DNA of 64,000 bases. Origin: Pelagibacteraceae bacterium AG-464-P07. Lineage in GTDB: Bacteria > Pseudomonadota > Alphaproteobacteria > Pelagibacterales > Pelagibacteraceae. Made by a program: the position numbers and the translations under genes. Of this stretch, positions 55,228 to 63,474 are shown piece by piece (position 1 is the first letter of the stretch; every line of letters starts with the position of its first letter). The notes under the pieces were generated by a model that was not told the origin of the DNA, searched no databases, and saw nothing but the letters and a program-made list of their open reading frames with translations. The stretch lies in the NCBI GenBank assembly GCA_003211695.1, contig QCSA01000001.1, positions 35,116 to 99,115 of the forward strand, in the 5' to 3' direction.

Positions 55228-58227
55228 ATGTCGCAAACTTACCGATTAAACAATGTTGGTTATATAAATAGAGATAAAAAAATTTCGTTTAAATTTAATG
55301 GAAAAAAATATTTTGGTTATAAAGGTGATACTTTAGCCTCAGCTTTACTTGCTAATGGGGTACATCTTGTTGGAAGGAGTTTTAAATATCATAGACCCAG
55401 GGGTTTTGTTGGAGCTGGAGTTGATGAACCCAATGCTAAAGTTCAGCTATATTTCAAAGGAGCAGATACCGAACCTAACGCTAACGCAACAGAAGTTGAA
55501 TTAGTAGAAGGACTTATAGCAAGAAGCCAAAATTGTTGGCCATCAGTTTCTTTTGATTTTGGTGCAATTAACAATTTATTAAACAAATTTTTTCCAGCTG
55601 GTTTTTATTACAAAACATTCATGTGGCCTAAAAGCTTTTGGTATAAAATTTATGAACCGATTATAAGAAAAGCTGCAGGATTAGGCATAGCTCCGCTAAA
55701 ACCTGACCCAGATAAATACGAACATAAGTATGAATATTGTGATGTTTTAGTTGCTGGTTCAGGACCTTCAGGATTATCCAGTGCTTTAGCAGCAGCCAAA
55801 AACGGGGCTCGTGTAATTTTGGCCGAAGATAAAGTTAGATTTGGAGGCAGTCTATTGACAGACGAAGTTACGATTGGAAATAAAAAAGGAAAAGAATGGG
55901 CTGATGAAATTATTTCTCAACTTAAATCAATGCCTAATGTAATTGTTAAAAATAGATCACAAGTCTTTGGTTATTACGATCACAATATGATGGTAATGTG
56001 TGAAAGGACAAAGGACCATATAGAAAATCCAAGCGAATTTACTCCAAGACAAAAGCTTTGGCATATACGAGCAAAGGAAGTAATTATTTCAACAGGATCT
56101 ATAGAAAGACCTTTGACCTTCGGCAATAATGATAGACCCGGCATAATATTAGCCTCTGCAGCCAGAGAATATATGAAAGTCTATGGAGTTCTTGTTGGGA
56201 AAAAACCAATTATTTTTACCAATAACGACAGCGCTTACGATACAGCAATTGATTTTAAAAAAAATGGTATCGATCCAATAATTGTTGATACTAGAAATGA
56301 TTCTCAAAGCTCTGTTGCCAATGAAGCAAAAAGTTTAAACATTAGTATTAAATTTTTCTGCGCAGTTGTTAATACAAAAGGTTATTTAAGATTAAATTCT
56401 GCAACAATTGGTAAATTTAATAGTGATAAAAGTGATTATGAAAAGTTAGAAAATATATCATGTGATTGTATTTGTGTATCAGGTAACTGGACGCCTACGG
56501 TTCATTTATCATCACAATCAGGTAATAAATTAAAATTCAATGAGACAATAGATGCATTTATTCCCAATCAATCAAAGCAAAACGAAAATACCATAGGATC
56601 TGCAAAAGGATCATTTACTTTAAAAGAATCTTTGGAAGATGGTTTTAAAAAAGGATTTGAATTATCAAATAAAATAACTGGTAAAAACGAGAAAAGCATA
56701 ACGCCTACTTCTAATGAAAAGAATTACGGTCAACATGATAAATTTTGGTGCATGCCTCTACCAAAAAAAAAACATTACAAGAGATTTGTAGATTTTCAAA
56801 ATGACGTAGCTGTTTCAGATATTGAGTTGGCCGTAAGAGAAGGATTTAAATCTATCGAACATGTTAAAAGATATACTACACTAGGGATGGCAACAGATCA
56901 GGGAAAAACAAGTAATTTAAGTGGATTACAATTAGTATCTGATATTGAAAAAAAAATAATACCAGAAGTTGGTCACACCACCTTTAGACCTCCATATACT
57001 CCCATAACTATTGGAGCCATAGTTGGAAGAGAAGTTGGAAAACATTACCGACCAACTAGAAAATCTCCAATACATGAATGGCATGAAAAAAATAATGCTG
57101 TTTTTGTTGATGCCGGGTTATGGTTAAGACCACGCTATTATAAAAAAGGAAATGAAAATTTATTAGAAGCATCAACTCGTGAAGCTAGGAATGTAAGAAA
57201 AAATGTTGGTGTTTGTGATGTTACGTCTCTTGGAAAAATAGACATCAAAGGTGCAGATTCTGCAGAATTTTTAAATAGAGTTTACACAAATGCTTGGATG
57301 AAATTGCCAATAGGCAAGGGGAGATATGGAGTAATGTTGCGCGAAGATGGAATTGTGTTTGATGATGGAACTACCACCAGAATTTCAGAAAATCATTTTC
57401 ACATGACAACTACAACAGCCCAGGCCGCGAATGTTTTATCGCATTTAGAATATTATTTACAAGTTGTTTGGCCAGAACTAGATGTAAATGTTGTTTCTGC
57501 AACAGAACAGTGGGCTGGTGCAGCTTTAGCCGGGCCTAATTCAAGAAAATTATTGGGTAAACTTTTCAAAAATATTGATGTTTCCAACGAAGGTATCCAG
57601 TTTATGGGCTACAAGGAATCTGATTTATTTGGTGTTCCAGCTAGAATTTTTCGAATTTCATTTTCAGGAGAATTAGCCTACGAAATTAATGTTGAGTCTG
57701 ATTACGGAATATTTATGTGGAAAAAAATTATTGAATTAGGTAAAGAAATGAACATTGAGCCTTATGGTACCGAAGCGCTTTCTACTTTAAGAATAGAAAT
57801 GGGTCATGTAGCTGGATCAGAAATTGACGGCAGAGTCATTTCCTCTGACCTTTCACTAGAGGGCATGTTAAGTAAAAAGAAAGATTTTATAGGTAAAAGA
57901 TCTTTATTTAGAGAAGCCTTTGTAAATCCAAATAGAGAAAAAATTGTTGGTGTGATCCCAATTGATAAAAAAACAATGATTCCAGAAGGTTCACATTTGG
58001 TTAATGATGGAAACGCTACCTTACCAAATCCGAAGCTTGGTCATGTCTCTGCATCTTGTTGGAGTGTTGAATATAACAATCCTTTTTCACTTGCCATACT
58101 TAAAGACGGAAAAAATAAAATAGGTGAAAAGCTTTATGCAGTTTCTCCATTAAAAAATAAAAATATTCCTGTAGAGATAATTTCTTCCCATTATGTGGAT
58201 CCAAAAGGAGAAAGAGTAAGATCATGA
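55228..58227 (+). CDS. soxA: Sarcosine oxidase alpha subunit
   Basis: 999 aa. N-terminal ferredoxin-like region, VAGSGPSGLSSA dinucleotide fold and a C-terminal GcvT-like folate domain (SFSGELAYEI). Confidence 0.85.
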   Translation: MSQTYRLNNVGYINRDKKISFKFNGKKYFGYKGDTLASALLANGVHLVGRSFKYHRPRGFVGAGVDEPNAKVQLYFKGADTEPNANATEVELVEGLIARSQNCWPSVSFDFGAINNLLNKFFPAGFYYKTFMWPKSFWYKIYEPIIRKAAGLGIAPLKPDPDKYEHKYEYCDVLVAGSGPSGLSSALAAAKNGARVILAEDKVRFGGSLLTDEVTIGNKKGKEWADEIISQLKSMPNVIVKNRSQVFGYYDHNMMVMCERTKDHIENPSEFTPRQKLWHIRAKEVIISTGSIERPLTFGNNDRPGIILASAAREYMKVYGVLVGKKPIIFTNNDSAYDTAIDFKKNGIDPIIVDTRNDSQSSVANEAKSLNISIKFFCAVVNTKGYLRLNSATIGKFNSDKSDYEKLENISCDCICVSGNWTPTVHLSSQSGNKLKFNETIDAFIPNQSKQNENTIGSAKGSFTLKESLEDGFKKGFELSNKITGKNEKSITPTSNEKNYGQHDKFWCMPLPKKKHYKRFVDFQNDVAVSDIELAVREGFKSIEHVKRYTTLGMATDQGKTSNLSGLQLVSDIEKKIIPEVGHTTFRPPYTPITIGAIVGREVGKHYRPTRKSPIHEWHEKNNAVFVDAGLWLRPRYYKKGNENLLEASTREARNVRKNVGVCDVTSLGKIDIKGADSAEFLNRVYTNAWMKLPIGKGRYGVMLREDGIVFDDGTTTRISENHFHMTTTTAQAANVLSHLEYYLQVVWPELDVNVVSATEQWAGAALAGPNSRKLLGKLFKNIDVSNEGIQFMGYKESDLFGVPARIFRISFSGELAYEINVESDYGIFMWKKIIELGKEMNIEPYGTEALSTLRIEMGHVAGSEIDGRVISSDLSLEGMLSKKKDFIGKRSLFREAFVNPNREKIVGVIPIDKKTMIPEGSHLVNDGNATLPNPKLGHVSASCWSVEYNNPFSLAILKDGKNKIGEKLYAVSPLKNKNIPVEIISSHYVDPKGERVRS

Positions 58228-58811
58228 CAGCTTTATCAGCATTAAATACAATACATAAAACAGGATTGTTTGGAAATTGCCAAAACAAGGAAAAAAGTGA
58301 ATTAACAACTGTATCAGAAGTAAAAGATATACAAATTATACAAATAGTTCATTACAGTAAATCAACTGTAAAAATTTCCTCGATAAATTTAGATAATTTA
58401 AAATTTCCTGAAGAAGCCATGCATGTAAGTTCAAACAACAAAACAAGAATTTTTTGGAATGGCCCCAACAATTGGATTGTAGTGTCAAACAATAAAGAAA
58501 TTTTAAGCAATATTAAGAAAAAATGTGATGATAAAAATTTTGCTGTAACCGATCTTTCGCATTCAAGAACTGTTATTGAACTTAAAGGAAACAATGTAAA
58601 AGAAATTTTAAAAAAAGGTTGTCCAATTAATTTTAGCGAATTTAAATTAAATAATTGCGCTAATTCGATTTTTCATGGCATAACAATCACTATTGATATG
58701 ATTAATAATAATCCTGAAACTTTTAGAATTTTTGCACTTAGAAGCTTTGGCGAATCTTTATACCATAGTATTACGGATGCTTGTTTGGAGGATGGATATA
58801 AAGGAATTTAA
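58224..58811 (+). CDS. soxG: Sarcosine oxidase gamma subunit
   Basis: 195 aa. It overlaps the soxA stop by 4 nt, in the position and at the size of SoxG. Confidence 0.7.
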   Translation: MTALSALNTIHKTGLFGNCQNKEKSELTTVSEVKDIQIIQIVHYSKSTVKISSINLDNLKFPEEAMHVSSNNKTRIFWNGPNNWIVVSNNKEILSNIKKKCDDKNFAVTDLSHSRTVIELKGNNVKEILKKGCPINFSEFKLNNCANSIFHGITITIDMINNNPETFRIFALRSFGESLYHSITDACLEDGYKGI

Positions 58812-58815
58812 ATTG

Positions 58816-59217
58816 TTAGGAATAACGATTAAACTTTGGTAATTTTTTATCAAGTTTGTAGTAGTCTAGCTTTCCCTTTATAAAAATGTTCATCTTAGTT
58901 TTTAATTTTGTTGGATTGCTGAACATTCCAGCCGAGATAGAAATTGTATTATTTCCGTAGAATTTAAAAAAAATACTAGCACCACATTTTTTACAAAACC
59001 CTCTTTTAGCTTTTTTTGAAGACCTAAACCATTTTAACGTTCCTCTTTTTAGAAAAATTACATCTTTTTCTTTGGCATTCGTATATGCAGAATAATTACC
59101 ATGTGTTTTCATGCATTGAATACAATGGCAATTTGAAACATGGCGCAGGGGTCCATTTACCTTAAGCTTTATACCACCACAGAGGCAACTTATTATTTTA
59201 TTATTTCTGCTAGACAT
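58816..59217 (-). CDS. GFA/CENP-V family zinc protein, second copy
   Basis: CLCGG, CHCIQC and CKKCG Cys motifs. Confidence 0.75.
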   Translation of the reverse strand: MSSRNNKIISCLCGGIKLKVNGPLRHVSNCHCIQCMKTHGNYSAYTNAKEKDVIFLKRGTLKWFRSSKKAKRGFCKKCGASIFFKFYGNNTISISAGMFSNPTKLKTKMNIFIKGKLDYYKLDKKLPKFNRYS

Positions 59218-59819
59218 AACCAGGCTTCTACATCTTTAGTAGTTATATAATTCGATTTGAAAAATTCTTTTACGTTCCATAATTTATTGTTTGTTAATTC
59301 TTTTATTTTTTTATCAAAACCATATTCTTCATATATTCCTTCATTTATCGTAAAACAAATCAAACCTTTATTCTTGGTTAACCTGATGATTTCATCCAAG
59401 GCATGAGGTTTGACATGTCCATAAGTGAAAGTACCAACACACATCACTACATCATATATATTGTTTTTTAATTTGAGAGGTTTATTCAAATCAATTTTTT
59501 CAATTTTTTTATAAATATTTTGAGGCACGAGATCCAACATACTTTGGGAAAAATCAACCCCCTCAATATTTGAATAGCCATATTTTTTTAATTCAATGCC
59601 CACGAGGCCAGTACCACAACCCGCATCCAATATCTTGGAATTTTTGTTTAAAGCATATTTCCTTAGAACAGACACTGTTTCTTGTGGAGCAGTATAATTC
59701 CAATCCACCATGTCTTTGTTGTATTTATTATTATCTGTCCAATCTTGATAATATTGCAATAATTCTTCTGGTTTCTTGATTTTGTAAATATCAAGTTTGC
59801 TTATTACTTCCTTTTTCAT
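59193..59819 (-). CDS. Class I SAM-dependent methyltransferase
   Basis: ILDAGCGTGLVG motif I followed by an acidic D in GVDFS. Confidence 0.7.
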   Translation of the reverse strand: MKKEVISKLDIYKIKKPEELLQYYQDWTDNNKYNKDMVDWNYTAPQETVSVLRKYALNKNSKILDAGCGTGLVGIELKKYGYSNIEGVDFSQSMLDLVPQNIYKKIEKIDLNKPLKLKNNIYDVVMCVGTFTYGHVKPHALDEIIRLTKNKGLICFTINEGIYEEYGFDKKIKELTNNKLWNVKEFFKSNYITTKDVEAWLCLAEIIK

Positions 59820-59849
59820 GGTTTAAAATTAACCAATTAATGTTAAACA

Positions 59850-59895
59850 ATTTTGTTTTCAATTCAAACAAAATATGATTAGTTTTATTTTGTTT
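59850..59895 (+). promoter_or_regulatory. Two mutually exclusive AT-rich hairpins / overlapping palindromes upstream of bhmT
   Basis: AAACAAAAT (59866-59874) can pair with either ATTTTGTTT (59850-59858; 9 bp) or TATTTTGTTT (59886-59895; 10 bp, with 59875). Confidence 0.35.
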
Positions 59896-59907
59896 CTATA
59901 ATAAACC

Positions 59908-60954
59908 ATGAGTAAGAATTTAATAAGTAGGCTTAATGAAGGTCCCGTTCTTTGTGCGGAAGGTTATCTTTTTGCAATGGAAAGAAGGGGATATTTACAG
60001 GCAGGAGCTTTTGTTCCAGAAGTAGTTCTGGAACATCCAGAGGTAGTTTCGCAATTGCATAGAGAATTTATTAGAGCTGGCTCTGACGTAGTGCAAGCAT
60101 TTACCTACTACGGTCATAGAGAAAAATTAAAAATAATTGGAAAAGAACATCTTCTTGAATCCCTTCAGAAAAATGCTTTAAAAATTGCAAAAGATGCCAG
60201 GAATGAATTTAAAGATTTAGATTTATTAGTTTGTGGAGATGTAGCAAATACAAATATTTATGATCCAGGTGATAAAAAAACTAATATTGAATGTCAAAAA
60301 ATGTTTGAGGAACAGGTGGCATGGGCCAAAGAAGCAGGTGTAGATTTTATTGTTGCCGAAACAATTACATGGCTTGAAGAGGCAAAAATTGCTCTTAAAG
60401 CTATTAAAGATGTTGGCTTAATTGCAGTATCTAATCTTTCCATCAAAAAAGGTGACAAAACTAGAGACGGTTATACCTCAGAAGATGCATGTAAAATTTT
60501 AGAAGATAATGGAGCAGATGTTGTTGGTTTAAATTGTTTTAGGGGACCAAAAATGACAATGAAACTACTGAACAAAATAAGAGAAAAGGTTTCTTGTCAT
60601 GTTGCAGGACTACCAGTTCCTTATAGAACAACAGAAAAAGAACCGGGATTTTTAAATCAAACCGATCCAGGTTGTGATTGTATTCCTGGAGGCAATGCAT
60701 TTCCTGTTGCCCTGGATAATCTTTATTGTAATAGATTCGAAATGGCCGAATTTGCTAAAGAATGTGCAACTAAGAAAATAAATTTTATTGGAATTTGCTG
60801 TGGAGCTTCACCTCATCACGTCAGAGAAATGGCGGTTGCACTTGGAAGAAAACCAATTTCTTACAAGTATTATCCTGACATGAGCAAACACTATGTTCAC
60901 GGTACACATAAAACATTAAAAAGAATTTATACTGACCACGCAAAAGAATATTAA
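59908..60954 (+). CDS. bhmT: Betaine-homocysteine S-methyltransferase
   Basis: The N-terminus aligns with animal BHMT as recalled (ERRGYLQAGAFVPEVVLEHPEVVSQLHREFIRAGSDV). Zn-ligand Cys in GLNCF and ICCGASPHH. Confidence 0.82.
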   Translation: MSKNLISRLNEGPVLCAEGYLFAMERRGYLQAGAFVPEVVLEHPEVVSQLHREFIRAGSDVVQAFTYYGHREKLKIIGKEHLLESLQKNALKIAKDARNEFKDLDLLVCGDVANTNIYDPGDKKTNIECQKMFEEQVAWAKEAGVDFIVAETITWLEEAKIALKAIKDVGLIAVSNLSIKKGDKTRDGYTSEDACKILEDNGADVVGLNCFRGPKMTMKLLNKIREKVSCHVAGLPVPYRTTEKEPGFLNQTDPGCDCIPGGNAFPVALDNLYCNRFEMAEFAKECATKKINFIGICCGASPHHVREMAVALGRKPISYKYYPDMSKHYVHGTHKTLKRIYTDHAKEY

Positions 60955-60965
60955 AAGATAACTAA

Positions 60966-63383
60966 ATGGAAACGCACGCTAAAGTAGTTGTGATTGGTGG
61001 CGGTGTGGTTGGTTGCTCAATACTTTTTCACCTAGCTAAGTTTGGATTAAAAGATTGTATTCTTTTAGAAAGATCAGAACTTACTTCTGGATCTTCATGG
61101 CATGCAGCGGGAAATGTTCATGTCATTTCGTCTGATCCAAATATTTCTAGATTAATGGCCTATACTATTAATCTTTATAAGGAAATTGAAAAAACCTCCG
61201 GTCATTCAGTTGGATTTAAGCCAAGCGGAGGATTTTATTTGGCCTCAAATGAAATTTGGCATGATTATCTAAAGAGAGAAAGATCCAAGGCAAGATATAT
61301 GGGCCTTGATCAAGAATTTATTTCTTTAAAGGAAGTTGTTAAAAAAAATCCATTAATCGATCCCAAACATTATATAGCAGCTCTTTGGGATCCAATTGAT
61401 GGAGAAGTAGATCCATCGGGGGTGACGTATGCTTATGCTAAATCAGCAAAAGTACATGGAGCCAAATATTATACAAATACCCCTGTCGTAGAAACCAAGC
61501 AAAAACAAGATGGAACGTGGGATGTGATTACTAAAAAAGGAAATATTAATGCAGAGATTATAATTAATGCTGGAGGGTTATGGGCTAGGGAAGTGGGAAA
61601 ATTAGCCGGAGTAAATTTACCAGTTCAACCCATGGAGCATCATTACTTAATTACAGAGTCGATACCCAAACTTAAAGAAAGAGGAGAAGAAAAACGTATT
61701 CCCGTTGGCACTGATTTTGAGGGAAATATTTACTTTAGACAAGAAGGACATGGAATGTTGTTAGGAACTTACGAGCCTAAATCTACACCCTGGCAAGTAA
61801 ATGGAACTCCAATGAATTTTGGTCATGAATTGCTTGATCCAAAATTAGAAAATATTCAAGACCGTCTTGCAATTGGTTTTAAAAGATTTCCAGCCTTAGA
61901 AAAAGCTGGAATCAAAAACATCGTTAATGGTCCCTTTACATTTGGACCTGATGGCAATCCGTTGATTGGTCCTGTTCCAGGAATGAAAAATTACTGGGTT
62001 GCAGTTGGAGTTATGGCAGGCTTTTGCCAAGCCGGCGGTGTTGGAAGAACTATTGCTGAATGGATTATAGAAGGAGAACCTTCAATAGATGTATGGGCAA
62101 TGGATATAGCGCGCTTTGGAAATTATGCCTCGCCACAATATGGAACCATCAAATCTTCAGAAAATTATGAGAGAAGATTTATTATGACTTTTCCAAACGA
62201 AACATTACCAAAAGGAAGAAAACAAAAAACCACCGCTTTGTACGATCGTCTAGTTGCTAGAGGAGCCGTCATGGGCGATGCCTTTGGTTTAGAAAATGTT
62301 TTGTGGTTTGCAAAAGATCCCAAAGATGCTCATGAAGAACCAACTTTTAAACGTTCACGTTCTCATGACTATGTCGCAGCAGAAGTTAAAGCCGTCAGAA
62401 CTGCGGTTGGAGCAACTGAAATAGCAAATTTTGCAAAACATGAAATAAGAGGACCAGGATCAAGAAAATTTCTTGATTACATTTTAGCTGGAAGAATACC
62501 AAAGCCAGGAAGGATTGTATTAACTCCAATGTTGACTGCAAAAGGAAAATTATATGGAGATTTGACCGTTGCCTGCTACCACGAGGAAAAATTTATAATT
62601 TATGGATCTGGAGCAGCACAAGAAATGCACCGGAGATGGTTTGAAAAGTTTTTACCCAAAGAAGGAGTAAAATATAAAAATCGATCTGATGATTTTCATG
62701 GTATTGCAATTTCAGGACCAAACTCGCGTAAATTATTATCTAAAATTTGCAGAGACGATGTATCTGCTGAGGCATTAAAATTTAGGGATACAAGAGAAAC
62801 ATTTGTTGGAGGAGTTCCAGCTATTTTAAACCGAATATCTTTTTCAGGAGAATTGGGATATGAAATTTATGTAGCACCTCAATTTCAATTAAAATTATTT
62901 GAAGAAATTGAAACTAATGGAAAAGATTTAGGATTGAAACTCTATGGTAGTAGAGCCTTAATGTCTCTAAGATTGGAAAAAAACTGGGGTGCGTGGACAT
63001 TAGATTTTAGACCCGATTTTACAGCATTGGAGTCTGGTTTGGATGCATTTATAAATTGGGATAAAAATTTTGTTGGCAAAGAAGCAGCTTTAAATGAAAA
63101 AAAACAAGGTCCTAATAAAAAACTTGTTACAATGACAGTGGATACAAAAGATATAGACGTTACTAATGATGAGGCAATTTTAAAAGATAATAAATGTGTT
63201 GGTTATGTTACTTCAGGTGGATACGCACACCACGTGAAAAAAAGTATGGCACTTGGTTATGTACCGATAAATTTTTCAAAACATGAAACGATTTTAGATA
63301 TAGAAATAAATGGAATATTTTATAAAGCACATGTCACTGATAGACCTTTATATGATGCTAATGGTGGAAAGATGAAGAGTTGA
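60966..63383 (+). CDS. dmgdh: Dimethylglycine dehydrogenase/oxidase (FAD DAO domain fused to GcvT-like folate domain)
   Basis: VIGGGVVGCS, SSWHAAG (covalent-FAD His context) and C-terminal SFSGELGYEIY; 805 aa. Confidence 0.85.
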   Translation: METHAKVVVIGGGVVGCSILFHLAKFGLKDCILLERSELTSGSSWHAAGNVHVISSDPNISRLMAYTINLYKEIEKTSGHSVGFKPSGGFYLASNEIWHDYLKRERSKARYMGLDQEFISLKEVVKKNPLIDPKHYIAALWDPIDGEVDPSGVTYAYAKSAKVHGAKYYTNTPVVETKQKQDGTWDVITKKGNINAEIIINAGGLWAREVGKLAGVNLPVQPMEHHYLITESIPKLKERGEEKRIPVGTDFEGNIYFRQEGHGMLLGTYEPKSTPWQVNGTPMNFGHELLDPKLENIQDRLAIGFKRFPALEKAGIKNIVNGPFTFGPDGNPLIGPVPGMKNYWVAVGVMAGFCQAGGVGRTIAEWIIEGEPSIDVWAMDIARFGNYASPQYGTIKSSENYERRFIMTFPNETLPKGRKQKTTALYDRLVARGAVMGDAFGLENVLWFAKDPKDAHEEPTFKRSRSHDYVAAEVKAVRTAVGATEIANFAKHEIRGPGSRKFLDYILAGRIPKPGRIVLTPMLTAKGKLYGDLTVACYHEEKFIIYGSGAAQEMHRRWFEKFLPKEGVKYKNRSDDFHGIAISGPNSRKLLSKICRDDVSAEALKFRDTRETFVGGVPAILNRISFSGELGYEIYVAPQFQLKLFEEIETNGKDLGLKLYGSRALMSLRLEKNWGAWTLDFRPDFTALESGLDAFINWDKNFVGKEAALNEKKQGPNKKLVTMTVDTKDIDVTNDEAILKDNKCVGYVTSGGYAHHVKKSMALGYVPINFSKHETILDIEINGIFYKAHVTDRPLYDANGGKMKS

Positions 63384-63474
63384 TTCAATTCAGAGTTGTT
63401 TTATTTTTTTAGGTTACAATTTTAGGTTTATTATGATTTATTAAATTCAACTTAATAAATTAATAAAGGAAGTA

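Noticed and set aside
59820-59907. SAM-II/SAM-V riboswitch upstream of bhmT, and glycine riboswitches anywhere in the window.
   Set aside because: I could not find the G/C-containing conserved cores of these aptamers in any spacer, and the bhmT leader is almost pure A/T. A covariance-model scan is needed to be certain.
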